A stretch of 64,000 nt of DNA from assembly GCF_009914755.1 (NCBI RefSeq), contig NC_060929.1, one strand, 5' to 3'. The translations under genes and the position numbers were made by a program. A model generated the notes under the pieces. It saw only the letters and a list, made by a program, of their open reading frames with translations. It searched no databases and had not been told where the DNA came from. Shown here piece by piece: positions 14,574 to 29,435 of this stretch. Positions within the stretch are counted from its first letter, which is position 1, and the number at the start of each line of letters is the position of its first letter. Origin of the DNA: the human T2T-CHM13v2.0 reference genome, Homo sapiens.

Positions 14574-15149
14574 GTAAATGAAGCAGATTGATAGGAAAAC
14601 CTTAACATCAACTGGATAATAAGATACGGTTCCCCTGTTCACACTGAGGTGTGTAGTTCAATCTATGGGGCTGTGCTGAATATATTTTGTATTATAGTGA
14701 TTTGGTATTATTATTTTGTTGGTTTTTCAAATAGACTTGTAGGAACTTGGATGCATGGATGGCTTGAGAAGGGCATCAGATTGGTCTAGGGGATGCGCTG
14801 TCCGTCCTTCTCCTACTGCCCAGCAATAACCAGCTGTGACTGCAGGGCAGCAGGCTCTGCTGTCTCCCAGACAGGCAGCTTTGGATTGAGGCTGCCTCCT
14901 GGACCCCCCACACCTGGGCTGGGGAACATATGTGCCCTGAATTATCTGGTTCTTTAAATGGAAATCCTAAAGCATTTTTAGGGTCGTGTTGTAGAAGAGC
15001 TGAACTTACAGAGCCAAAAATTAGAAATTGCTTCCATACTTCTGTAGTTAATAGCAGCCACCTTTTAGAAGAATTAACATCTACAAGAAATACTTTTTCA
15101 TTGAGAGCACTTGGAAGATAATAACGAGGTCTGCTTCACAGTATATTTT

Positions 15150-15460
15150 ATATCAGAGATCACAGATTTGTGATCTACCACTTAAATGCCACATGTATAT
15201 TTTGTTTGGCTTACAATGTTGTTAAAAAATTATTTTTAATTAATTGCCAGCAATCAAAGTCAGGGCATTTCACATAACATCCCAAATTGTAACTTCTCTT
15301 GAAAAATCAGACTATCTAGTAAGAGTGAGCTCACGTGGCAACAATTGACTAGAGCCATTACACCTGGTATGTGTGCTCCAGTTTACCACAATCCTTACCT
15401 AGCCTGATTGACCTACGCAAGTTACCTGCGTGAACGTTTTAGGCTCTTGAGTCCAGCTTT
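15150..15460. mobile_element. hAT-Charlie-type relic (MER102-like)
   Basis: ttttgtttggc...atttcacataa...cttctcttgaaaaatcag motifs. Confidence 0.45.
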
Positions 15461-15627
15461 ATGTGGTGCTTAGCACTGCACCATGTACAATAGAAGTGAG
15501 CAAACATTCCCTTATGGTGTCCGTGAGGGTGAACTGGCAGATGTTAGTGACATTTGAAACTCATGATCTTGATAATAGCCATGCAGAGATACTTAGCTCT
15601 GTCAACCTTTTATCCTCACTGTCTTAG

Positions 15628-15708
15628 ACTAAACCACAAGACATGATTTCTGCTGGTGGAGAGAGTGTTGCTGGTATCACTGCAATATCTGGCAAGCCGG
15701 GTGACAAG
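15628..15708 (+). CDS. CAST: CAST exon 7 ([11 protein letters not shown]...KPGDK)
   Basis: ttag|ACT...AAG|gtgagc; 81 nt. Confidence 0.95.
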
Positions 15709-16296
15709 GTGAGCACACACAAGCAGACGGAAACGTGGGCCTCTGTGCTTCTCAAGTTTCTTTTATGAGAAACGTATGCTCAAATAACCTATCATTTGGC
15801 AAAACTGAACACTGCTTATATGTAAAATTTTGTGAAGAGCATGCATTTAAGGGATAGAGAGTGAACAAGATACCAAAAATAATTTGTAAATTTATATATT
15901 CAATAACTGCTTACTGAGTACATGCCATATATAACGTACTGATATCAATACCAAGGACATTAAAATGTGAGTTGACTCAGACTCTCCCTTCCAAATGTAT
16001 AGATATGAAATAAAGCAAATACAATTTCCAGGAGCATTTGAATCGGCTTTTTCAGCTTTCAATGCTGATGCCAGCTGTCTTGATACTAGTGTATCACAAC
16101 TATGACATCAACATGAATGGATATGAGAAGTTTTCAAAGGAAATATTTCAAGTCCTCTCAGGATGAAGTAGATGTGTTGAGCTGGGTGATTGTGGGCATA
16201 ACTTCCTTAGATTTTTTGAAGAGCTGCTTCCAATACTTGCCCAGGAATATAAGATGAGAAGTTATCTACCTTTTCTACCCATAGCAATATAGAATT

Positions 16297-17703
<1,407 letters not shown>

Positions 17704-18130
17704 TAATCAATTTGAAGCCACAAGTAAGCAAGTGAAGGAACAATGAGAAGATGGGAATGAAAAATGTAAAAGTAATATAGATTTATCTATACTTTTGCTT
17801 CTGTAAATGGGACAGATATCCTGCTACAGCTAAATGGTAAAGAAGGTCATAGGGAAAATGAGTTTTAGGGTAAAAGTATGGCACATCTCCCTGAAACATC
17901 ATTTTTTTCCCTCTGGGATTTTGGGAGAAAAGGCACATTATTTTATCCAAATTAATACAGGTCTCCTATGGAGCAAAGGCAACATTTACAAAAACTTTTA
18001 AATGAAAATATCAAACTTAAAATTGTTTTTTCTTGCAATAGATCACTTGTATACTACCTTGAGACTCATAGCCTCACTCCAGGAAGACACAGCACTCTCT
18101 TGCACCAATGAGGAATGCTTACATGAAATG

Positions 18131-18284
18131 GTTTGAAAATGGATACATTTAAGGCAGAAGATTAGATACGTTAAAATAGATTTTTAAATGTAATCAATGT
18201 TTTCAGTTTGGAAATGGATAGATTTAAGGCAGAGGATTAGGCCCGCTAAAATAGATTTTTAAATGTAATCAAAATTTACAGTTT
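18131..18284 (+). repeat. Tandem duplication, period 75 bp, about 2 copies
   Basis: units start at 18131 and 18206 (gtttg(a/g)aaatggata...taaaatagatttttaaatgtaatcaa). Confidence 0.9.
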
Positions 18285-18466
18285 TGAGCTAAATGTAAAT
18301 TAACCAGTGTTATAAGTGAAAACTAAACAATAAAATTAGGAGAGGCTTATGTGGAAGTCTGCCGTGCATTGACTTGTGCTGGAACTTGCAGCAAGTCATT
18401 TTACTTTACGTTGCCTCTGATTCTTCTCCCATTAAATAGGATTTAATGACTTGCCTTCTTATTTTA

Positions 18467-18784
<318 letters not shown>

Positions 18785-18799
18785 CTATAGGCTGGCCTG

Positions 18800-19920
18800 T
18801 CTAGGGGGTGGGGAAAAGACAATGTACCTGGGGCTGTATTTCAATCAGATGAAGAAAGGCCCCCACAAGGTGTTATTTGGTGAGGAATGAAGGGATTCTA
18901 TCTAATTCAGGGAATCCACAAGAGCTTTGGAAGAGTAGATCCAAGTTCAGTTAGGCATGGAAGGATAGCTGGGATTGCAGGTGTTGAAAAGTGTAAGATG
19001 TGTTCTGGGCACAAAGTACATTCCAACGTGGGTGAAGCACAGAGGAAGTGAATGGTGGGGCTGTAAGACCAGAAAGACAGGTTGAGCACTGCTGTGGAGA
19101 ACCCTAAGGTGAATTTGTACATGTGGTGATTCAGCTGACAGCGGGTAGCCTTTGAGAACCTGAGAGAACAGATGGGGTGATGCAATTGAATCCGAGCTGC
19201 AGAAGGATTAAGGGACTGCAGTTAGGTGGATGGGATAGAGATAGGAAGGTAGAAGGTTGGTCAGGGACTGTTTCAGTAGTCCTGATGAGTCATATTTTAG
19301 CCTAAATTAGAGCTGTGATAGAATAAGAAAGTGGGGAGTTATCCAAGACGAATTGCAGAGCAAAAATCTTCAGGTTTTAGGAAATGATTGACAGAAGTGG
19401 GCAAAGACAAAGTAAAATCTAAGATAACCTGGTGCTTCTGAGTCTGATTGCAGGAGGTTGGTAGCCACACGGTAAGGGAAAGGAGGCCCCTAAGGTGCTC
19501 ATTGTCAGGTTTGTGCAAGTGCAGAGTTGGCACCTGAGAATGAGTGCCTTTTTAAATTGTGAGCTGGGCACCTTGCAGTCCAGTCCCTAAGTTCCCTGGG
19601 TACCATTGGCAGGAGTACAGATAGATGTCAGAGGAACTGAGGAGGAAAGAGGTGTCTCTAATTTTGGACAAGCTGAATTTAAGTGTTTGAAGTGTCCAAA
19701 GAAATATGTCTAGCAAGACAATTAAAATACTGTTTTCTAATAGAAAAGAATGAAGTAGGAGGAAAGGGAGAGGAAGAGAAAGAGTGGATGGAATAGAAAG
19801 ATAGTGGGGAGAGAGGGAGGGGAAGAGAGACATTGAGAAGGAAGAGGAAGGTGGGGGAGAGAACATGAGTGAATATCTGCATGAGGTAGTGGCTGAATCA
19901 TGGAAGTGGTTTCAATTATC
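18800..19920 (-). mobile_element. Degraded L2-like segment with GA-rich tract (19740-19862)
   Basis: ttttggacaagctgaatttaagtgtttgaag-type L2 motifs. Confidence 0.45.
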
Positions 19921-21019
19921 CAGACTCAGGCTCACACCCTAGTGGCCCCCACAGTGTTTCTAGCATTGCAATTGTAACAGTCACTTATTTAGCACTTACA
20001 ATTACATAGCAAGTACTTACATAGTGCTGAGCATGTGCCAAACAATGGTTTTCATACTTCGTATAGATTCACTTATCTAATATCTCCAAGGAGAAGTGAC
20101 TTGCTAAAGCCTCAAGCAGCCATGCGTGTCTCAACTGTTATGCAAACCTTGGCAGTCAGAGCCTGTGCTTTTCCTGTGCTTTGTTCCCTGAGTTTGGATA
20201 CCTTCAAATGGGAAATGGTCCCCTTTTATCTTAAACCCAACAACTTCACCCATTTAGTTTCTGCCAGTCTCTGAAAGCATTTGCCTCTGGCCATAGAGAA
20301 TGATTTTGGATAAGACCACCAGCACAGGGCAGAAATGTGCAGAGTGTATACAGTGGGGACCAAAGTAAAAGAGATGCCAGAGGTAATGGAGAACAAAGGG
20401 CATAGATGCCACAATAGGATCAGAATGGTGCCGAAAGGTGGCAATGGGGAGGGAGAGATGCTCCAAGGGTCAAATTTCAGAGATTACATCTGGATAAAAG
20501 CATGGAAACTGCAGATTGAAAAGTTGTTTGCAGTCTTTGATAGAGCAATGGAAGCAATGATGAGCGATCAACTCATTTTAAGGAAAGAGGAGGTGTTGAG
20601 ATGCCGAAGTGAGGGATATGGAAGTCTTGATGTGTGGGGGCAAAGAGCCAGAGAGCAAAGCCAGAAGTGGCAGCCTATAGAAAGAATTCATGGATGTTGT
20701 AAAAACTGGCTGTGGGCCCTGGAGAAGAACAGCGAGGAAAGAAACAGTCTTGGATTCAAATCTTCATTCTGTCCCTTACTGTGTAACCTGAGGAAAGTGG
20801 CCTAATCTGAGCCTTGCTTTGCCCATCACTAAATGAGACTAATATAATTAAAGCCCTTCTGAAAAAGGATATAAAACACACAGCACAGTTTCTGCTGTAG
20901 AGCGGATGTTCAGTGTATGATCAATGCTTGTTAATATAATGAATTTATTTTAAAATTTGTAATAGTATTGAGTTTTATTAAGGTATGTGAGGAGTTGTTA
21001 ATTTCTCAATTCTCACCAG

Positions 21020-21088
21020 AAAAAAGAAAAGAAATCATTAACCCCAGCTGTGCCAGTTGAATCTAAACCGGATAAACCATCGGGAAAG
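21020..21088 (+). CDS. CAST: CAST exon 8 ([23 protein letters not shown])
   Basis: ccag|AAA...AAG|gtatga; 69 nt. Confidence 0.95.
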
Positions 21089-21676
21089 GTATGAAGACAA
21101 CAGTGTCCTTCTACATGAGACAGTTACTCATATGCTCTGTATTTATCATAATCTGATTTCTTGTGGGCAAATAATATGAGGGGGGTAATTTAAAGGACCA
21201 TTTTAATGAATTATTGTTTCAAGCTAATATTGAAAGTGTGGGTTGGAAGTATGGTTTTCACACTCATGTTTGTAACACTTGCTATTATAACCCCTTTTTT
21301 AAAAAAAAACAAACAAACTCCAGTTTCATCCCATGGAGTTTACATTCCAGTTTCTCTCCTGCAAATACACTTTATTTAACCAGAGGTATTACTAAAGAAG
21401 TAAGGTACTTCTTTTTTTCTGAAATTCCTAAAAGAATCAGTGTAAGCCTAACAGCCTTCAGATTGTATTTCACATATCCATGATCAGGAGAGTCCTAAAA
21501 TTGTCATGGGAATATGGTAGTTGCAAAAAAAAAAGACAATTTAAATAATTATTTTTCATCTAAATCAAATAATACAAGGTCCTTTCCTAGATTGTTGTTT
21601 TCTCCTTTCAATGCAGGTTATTGTTCATAACGAGTCATCAACATAAAAAATAGATAGAAGCACTCTTATTTATTAT

Positions 21677-22056
21677 TATATTAGTCCATGTTTACACTGT
21701 TATAAAGAACTTCCCTGAGACTGGGTAATTTATAAAGAAAAGAGGTTTAATTGACTCACATTTCTGTGTGGCTGGGGAGGCCTCAGGAAACTTACAATCA
21801 TGCTGGAAAGGGAATCAGACACTTTCTTCACAAGGCAGCAGGAGAGAGAGCATGTGAAGGAGGAACAGTCAAACACTTATAAAACCATCCAATCTCATGA
21901 GAACTCACTCACTATCATGAGAACAGCATGAAAATCGCCCCAATGATCCAGTCACCTCCCTTCCTCGACACGTGGGGATTATAGGTCCCTCCCTTGACAC
22001 ATGGGGATTACAATTGGAGTTGAGACTTGGGTGGAGACATGAGCCAAACCATATCA
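21677..22056 (-). mobile_element. MaLR solo LTR (MST-like)
   Basis: tattagtcc...gagactgggtaatttataaagaaaagaggtttaattgactcaca...ccaaaccatatca. Confidence 0.85.
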
Positions 22057-22697
22057 GTTATACTGATTTAAGCCCATATTGGCAGAGTAAACTTGTGAGT
22101 TCTTGTAAGTTTAATGTCTCAGGTAATTTCTGTTTTGTAAACCTCTTCAGGCAAGCAAGTGAACAACAACAAAAAAAAAACATGAATGAAATAATACAGA
22201 GTGATTTCCCTCATGAAATAGATTCTATTTGGAATAGGTACTATATAGAGATTTTTAGGGGTTCTTTGTTTAAAACTCTGGAAAAGTATTGATAAGCAAT
22301 AAATACCAAGCATTTCCCTTATCGCTTAGAGCAACATGGTTATAATTCCCTGTATTTTGTTTTGTTTTGTTTTGTTTTTCCTTTTTTAACTGTCAGTGCA
22401 TCGGACTGGCAGCTTTAATGAACTTGTACATTTGTTCATGTATGTAATGCCTGTAGACTTGTTGAAACTGTGCTTCTTGCCTGAATGTGGCTTTTCATCT
22501 TTCCAACCTAGAATTTGTACTTTGAGACTTAAATAGTAAAGTCTGTTAAAGACCAGATTTTAACTATTTTGGGGAACTATTTGAAGAACTTTTGGTGTTT
22601 GGTGGTTTTTCTACACAGAATGGCTTTTTTTGTAGTTAAACTAAAGGTGAAATATGTATAACAAATAACATTTAAATATCTGTTCTTTCTTTTCCAG

Positions 22698-22796
22698 TCA
22701 GGCATGGATGCTGCTTTGGATGACTTAATAGATACTTTAGGAGGACCTGAAGAAACTGAAGAAGAAAATACAACGTATACTGGACCAGAAGTTTCA
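22698..22796 (+). CDS. CAST: CAST exon 9, inhibitory domain 1 subdomain A ([16 protein letters not shown]...EVS)
   Basis: ttccag|TCA...TCA|gtatgt; 99 nt. Confidence 0.97.
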
Positions 22797-22884
22797 GTAT
22801 GTGATCATGATATCTGTAAAAATTCATACTCAGTGGGTAGGAGAGCAAATAAGGCCATGGTCATGAAGTACAAAAGAATACCTA

Positions 22885-23184
<300 letters not shown>

Positions 23185-23499
23185 CTAGTGTTCTGTCATT
23201 TGCATAGAAACAGGATGATGTCAGTATCAACATCAACACAGCAACTAAAAATTAGTATCGGGGATGGAAATTGTCTTTTGGCAGCTGCATTATAACATTG
23301 AGTTAGCAAACATTTGTTGTTGTGCTAAGATTGACACTGGGACACGGTCCACTGGGTCACACACTTATTTTCCATCCTCAAGATTTAAGTATAATGGACT
23401 AGAACTTGTTTTGATTTCTCGATATTTACCACCCTCAGTTTATCCCTATTCCTAATTCCTAAAATTATATTTTCCTTGGTATTAAAAAAAAGACATGCC

Positions 23500-23800
<301 letters not shown>

Positions 23801-23804
23801 GACA

Positions 23805-24640
23805 CGCCATAGGCTAGACAAAAATATTTGCAACAGACATAACAAAGGGTTTGTTTCTAGAATTTATAAAGAATAAAAAACAGAAAAAGACAACCCAATA
23901 GAAAATCGAGAGAAAACTTGACTGACCAATAAGCAAGTAAAATGAAACTCTCCTTAGTAATTAGGATAATGATACTAAAACACAGAAGAAACACTGCTTT
24001 GCATTTATCAGATTAGCAAAAGCGTGAAAGTCTGACAATTCCTATAGTTTTCCTATAGCTGGTGGGTGTTCATGATGAACATTCCCTTCAACCAGGAAGT
24101 CCACCTGTAGAGAGATTGCCAGGAGGGAGCCTTGCCCATGTGTGCAAGGAGTTATAAGAACTGGTGAAATGTTTGGAAACAATTTTGTTCAATAGAGGAC
24201 AGGATAATAAAATTCAGTGCTTTATAGTGGTTAAAATGGATTATTCATGTATCAACATGGATACATTACAAAAACATAATTTTGAATAAAAAATGCAGAA
24301 TGATATGTAGAATATGATACCATTTATATAACATTGGAAAATATGCAAAGTAATGCTGGACGTTGTTTATGGTTACCTACATATGTAAAAAATGTTCTAA
24401 AATAACTTTAAATTGATATGCTAAAGTTCAGAATGGTGGCTATTTCTGATTAACAGGGAAAGGGAATTAGGTTTGAGAATGCTAAACAGGAGACATCCAC
24501 TCTATGATTTTGTTTTCTTAGAAATGACAAAGCTGATAGAGTTGGGTATTGGGTTATACATAAACTCATTATCTTATTAACTGCTCTTTTGTATTGGTTA
24601 GAAACCTTAGATAATGAAAACATTTGAAAACAAAATGTAT
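23805..24640 (+). mobile_element. Degraded old L1M 3' region
   Basis: A-rich motifs such as aaaatatttgcaa, ctagaatttataaagaa, atatgataccatttatataa. Confidence 0.55.
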
Positions 24641-24885
24641 TTAGAAGTCAACTTTAGTATTTTGAATATTTTCTAGCATTACATATGAGTTAAGCCAATT
24701 AAATATGGGTATTTGTGTAAACTTAGAAATGTAGTTGTATAAAGTGTTGGCTTCTTAATGATTTATCGTTCATCTCAGTACTTCCATAAATTAATAATGG
24801 AATAGTGCTTTAGTTTCAGAATATGCATATAGCATTGTCAGGTAATTAATTATATAATATCCCTATGTGTATGATTTTGTTCCAG

Positions 24886-24966
24886 GATCCAATGAGTTCC
24901 ACCTACATAGAGGAATTGGGTAAAAGAGAAGTCACAATTCCTCCAAAATATAGGGAACTATTGGCT
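24886..24966 (+). CDS. CAST: CAST exon 10, domain 1 subdomain B ([27 protein letters not shown])
   Basis: ccag|GAT...GCT|gtaagt; 81 nt; the well-known 27-mer calpain-inhibitory peptide. Confidence 0.98.
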
Positions 24967-25100
24967 GTAAGTTAAATAATCATTTACTTTTATTTCACTG
25001 TTTCCTCTTTAGAAAATAATTTCATGTCAATATTTTTACAGTGTTTAGAAGTTAGAAAATATAATGGTGCTTGTGAAATTGTCATTACTATGAAGCTCGC

Positions 25101-25520
25101 TGCATTGGTTGGCTGGGGCTGCTGTTAAGAAAGTACCACAGATCGGGGCATAAACAAGAGATTGATTGTCTCACAGTTCTGGAGGCTGGAAGTCTAGAAT
25201 CAAGGTGTCAGCAGTGCTGGTTCCTTCTGAGGGCTGTGAGGGAAAGGTATCTTTGAGGCCTATTCTTGGCTTATAGATGGCCGTCTTCTTCCCGTGTCTC
25301 TACACACCGTCTTCCTTCTGTGCTTCTATGCATATCTCTGGGTCCAAATTTCCCCTTTTTATAAGGACGCGCATCATATTGGAGTAGGGCCCACCCTAAT
25401 GACCTCACCTTTACTTGATTCTATAAGGAACCTATCTCAAAATCAGGTCTCGTTTTGAGGTACTGGGGTTAAGACTTGAACATATAGATCTGGGGTGGGA
25501 GGCACAATTCAACCCACAAC
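25101..25520 (-). mobile_element. MaLR solo LTR (MLT1-like)
   Basis: tctcacagttctggaggctggaagtc...aaggtgtcagcag...cacaattcaacccacaac. Confidence 0.8.
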
Positions 25521-25592
25521 GGGCAATACATTTTGCCGATCTTAAGGATTAATTCTACCTTCTCAACATCATCAAATTAATATTTGTTTCAG

Positions 25593-25631
25593 AAAAAGGA
25601 AGGGATCACAGGGCCTCCTGCAGACTCTTCG
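25593..25631 (+). CDS. CAST: CAST exon 11 (KKEGITGPPADSS)
   Basis: ttcag|AAA...TCG|gtgagt; 39 nt. Confidence 0.95.
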
Positions 25632-26113
25632 GTGAGTTTACATACATGTCTTCTGATCTAAATTAATAGTTTTATATTTTTGGCTGGGGGAACAGGGCTA
25701 TCAATTCTATATTTGAGGATTATGACTTAACTCATCTCCAAATCAAATGGAGTTTCTGTGTGTTCAGAGAAAGGGGTTGGTGGGAGGGTTGTCTCAGTGC
25801 TCCTGAGTCTCATAAGTAGGTTTTTTGAGGGAAAGGAGAAAGAAGGCGAGAAAGTATTAGGATAGAATATTATGCATGTTCATAATAATAGAATGAGAAT
25901 GTAACTCCTTTTGAAAGGGGGAAGTGGAAAATAATACTCAATGAGTAGCCACTCTCTTCAAAACATACACTTTGATCTAAGTTGTTTCATTAACACACCT
26001 CATTTGGTAGCAAGGGAATTGGAAAAGTGCATTCTTCATTTGCTAGGTTTATGATCCATTCTTCCACTTGAGTGCTTCCCGTAAGTTACCCATCACTGTG
26101 CCTGTTTCTTTAG

Positions 26114-26206
26114 AAACCCATAGGGCCAGATGATGCTATAGACGCCTTGTCATCTGACTTCACCTGTGGGTCGCCTACAGCTGCTGGAAAGAAAACTGAA
26201 AAAGAG
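26114..26206 (+). CDS. CAST: CAST exon 12, domain 1 subdomain C ([16 protein letters not shown]...EKE)
   Basis: ttag|AAA...GAG|gtattg; 93 nt. Confidence 0.96.
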
Positions 26207-26341
26207 GTATTGTTTTTAGTGTTGTTAAGGGAAACTTGTTAGGAACTATTTTGAACTTTAAAAGAATAACTTTTTAGTTCAGGCTATTACAGTTAAACTT
26301 TCCTCATCTGTAAGTCTAATCTTTTGTATTTTGTTTTTCAG

Positions 26342-26428
26342 GAATCTACAGAAGTTTTAAAAGCTCAGTCAGCAGGGACAGTCAGAAGTGCTGCTCCACC
26401 CCAAGAGAAGAAAAGAAAGGTGGAGAAG
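26342..26428 (+). CDS. CAST: CAST exon 13 ([12 protein letters not shown]...KVEK)
   Basis: ttcag|GAA...AAG|gtatag; 87 nt. Confidence 0.95.
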
Positions 26429-27502
26429 GTATAGTCACAGTCTACCTGACAGCAGTTGCTTTCCAGAGCCTGATCTAGCTCATTCAGGAAACTGCCAGTA
26501 GCACATAACCCATGATGAGAAGCCATGATTTTTTCCCTCTCAGGTCTATGTGGAATAGTGAAGCCAATGAGGGTTATGTTGATCATCTCCAGGCAAGCCT
26601 TGTGTGTTTCTGTAACTGCTTGTGAATGATTTTAGCACAGTTGTCTCAGTCATCATCTAAGACCATCTCACCATTATGATACACAGAAGGGCAGAAACCA
26701 GAGAAATTGCACTCTTGGAACATAAAACCTTCAAGTTTGATTGTATAAAGGACTTTGAGCCCTGAGGATCACTAGAGGGACACCAAGTAGCTGGTACTGC
26801 CCAGCATTCTCAACTATATTTCACTATGACATAATTCTCACAAATCGCAAAAGGCAATCCTGCAGCTCTGTGCTGGCTGGGAACACATGTCTCCTCTGCA
26901 AACAGTCAAGATAATGCTCAGGAACGGTTTCTATCAGAGCAGCTTGTGCCTCTCCCCTCCTGGAGTGGACAGTTTATTTTTATCTGGCAGGCTGGGGAAC
27001 AGTGGTGAGTACCACACCCCTGAGAGTGGGAGTTCCTACAACGATCAGCCATTGTGCCTTCAGAGAAGAAGGCAGCAGGGGCCACTTCAAGCTTCCCTGC
27101 TTCCTAAGCTTAGGTTGTCAGAAGCCTTTTTAGAGATACATTTTTAGAAAAAGAAAAATAGTGTGGTAACAGTTTACTACTTGCTTCTTTTTTTTTTGTT
27201 TGTTTAGAGTATTTTATAGTAATATTACTATAGCTTTATGTCTAGCTTACCAAATAAGGGGTGAAGTGTGCCCCAGAGAACGCTGTTACTGTAGAAACGT
27301 GTCTTAGCCCCAATTTCCACTCATTGGTAAGTTCTTTTTCCTTTCTCTCTTTTGCAAGGTTTCAAATAAAATTGCCTTTCTAGAGCACTTCCCCAATCCA
27401 TATTCAGTTTATAATCTAAAATGTATTTTACAAAGAAGTAAATGGATTGTTCAGGCTCCAGAGATGTCTTTTTTCATGCACAGGATTTTTTACTTTTAAC
27501 AG

Positions 27503-27604
27503 GATACAATGAGTGATCAAGCACTCGAGGCTCTGTCGGCTTCACTGGGCACCCGGCAAGCAGAACCTGAGCTCGACCTCCGCTCAATTAAGGAAGTCGA
27601 TGAG
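27503..27604 (+). CDS. CAST: CAST exon 14, domain 2 subdomain A ([16 protein letters not shown]...EVDE)
   Basis: acag|GAT...GAG|gtactg; 102 nt. Confidence 0.96.
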
Positions 27605-28474
27605 GTACTGACCTTAGAGTTGATTTACAAAGCTTGTTAGTCTGCACATTACAAAACCGAATGCACTCTGCATGTTTAGAATTCTCGCACAACTTTTATT
27701 GGAGAGTAAAAGTGAGCATTCTTCATTGTGCCTTATTTATTGCTGAGTGGTTAGCAACTAAGGGGGATAGTTACATGACTGACTTGTGAAACAGCTAGAA
27801 TTTTAACATTTGAAATGAACACGAATCTCCCTTGCTAGAGCTTAAATGACCCTTGACTAAACAAGGTAACAAGGAGGCAATGCCTGGTGGGAAATAGTGA
27901 AGTTTGGCAATTGGAAATTTGTATTTTCAGAAGGGTTCTGGGTGCTTCTGTTTATAAGAGAAGGAGATGTCTATACACGGAGTGGGAAGATCCTTCATTT
28001 ATCACTATGGGGAAAGATGTTGAAAATTTTGTCTCAAATTAAAATCAAGCAACAATTACCCTAACTAGAGCTCCTGCATATTTATAGAATAATGCTGATG
28101 AGTGTTTATCCCGCCACACTCCAAGATCTTAACAAGCCTTCTGAACCAAAACAAGCTTACATCTGGTGTAGGAAAGTTTTAATATTAAATTATAATTTTT
28201 GTGGAATTTTTCAACTCAGTCCTCTGGGGTGAAAGAGGAAGGAAAGGAGAGAGTTGCCGGTTCCTGACAAGGCAGTGTTGTGGGGAGATGGAAAGGTAGC
28301 CTGGGATCCCCAGGAGCCCGCCCCACCTCCATCAGCTCAGGCTGGGGGTGCTGGCAGGCATTGCTGTCACAATGCCCCATCTCTGCTGTCACTTCCTGTT
28401 CTGAGTCATCAGGGAAGGGGAGTCTCCCTGACTTCCAGCAACAATCCTTGAGTCTGGGACTGCCCTGGCCTAAG

Positions 28475-28594
28475 ATGGGCCAGTTTCTATCTTCGACTTT
28501 CTTGGAGGGCTCACCGGCCACAGTGTGGCATGATAAGCTTTGTGATGGTGAACGCAGAGGAGCAAGAGAAGCAGTTCGTATCTTCCAGGACCAA
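28475..28594 (+). CDS. CAST: CAST exon 14t coding part: 40-aa N-terminal T domain of testis calpastatin (tCAST)
   Basis: aagATGG Kozak context; MGQFLSSTFLEGSPA...RIFQDQ = 120 nt ending at phase-0 donor CAA|gtaatg, in frame with exon 15; MGxxxS myristoylation motif; matches the known tCAST architecture. Confidence 0.88.
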
Positions 28595-29071
28595 GTAATG
28601 TATTGGGAAGAAGGGAAACTTGATTACAACACAATGTGAGATATACATTACTTAGAGTAGCCGACAGAAGCAGTGTCATCTTGAGGAAAGCGGGGTGTTG
28701 GCAGAATCCTGGGGGGAGTCAGGAGGCCAAGCTGAGTTGTGGCTTTACCACCTGAGGGCGACAGGGCCACAAGTATATTGCACTTCTGCCCCAAGCTTCT
28801 TACAGACACTTAAGGAGAGACAATTAATGTGGGAAGGGAGGGTATAAACATGTCATAAACCTCAGGATCAAAGGAGTCTTAAAAGTGACTAAAAGCAGAT
28901 AAGCAGATGTTAAGAAAAAAAGTGACATAAAATAAGTTATTTAAACATGTGGGTAACTAGTTTGGGAATGCATATGAATGTATTAAGTTCCCTCTAGAAA
29001 ACTTCAGAGTCGCAGCAAACTAAAATTCCAGCAAAAAGAACTCCTCTTTTCCACTCTTATGACATAATAGT

Positions 29072-29435
29072 TGTATTAGTCTGTTCTCATGCTGCTAATA
29101 AAGACATACCAGAGACTGGGTAATGTATAAAGGAAAGAAGTTTAATTGACTCACAGTTCCTCATGGCTAGGGAGGCCTCATAATTACGGTGGAAAGTGAA
29201 TGAGGAGCAAAGTCACGTCTTACATGGAGGAAAGTAAAAGAGCATGTGCAGGGGAACTCCCCTTTATAAAACCATCAGATCTAGTGAGAATTATTCACTA
29301 TCATGAGAACAGTACAGGAGAGCTCCGCCCCCATGATTCAATTACCTCCCACTGGGTCCCTCCCACGACACGTGGGAATTATGGGAGCTACAATTCAAGA
29401 TGAGATTTGGGTGGGGACACAGCCAAAGCATATCA
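29072..29435 (-). mobile_element. MaLR solo LTR (THE1-like)
   Basis: tgtattagtc...gggtggggacacagccaaagcatatca; 5-bp TSD-like atagt/ctagt. Confidence 0.88.

Noticed and set aside
20335-20805. 156-aa ORF
   Set aside because: No recognisable homology or splice signals; lies in purine-rich, repeat-like intron sequence; probably chance.
28280-28474. Apparent upstream Met start (MGRWKG...) extending tCAST
   Set aside because: The codon at 28280 is GTG, not ATG; the first in-frame ATG is 28475.
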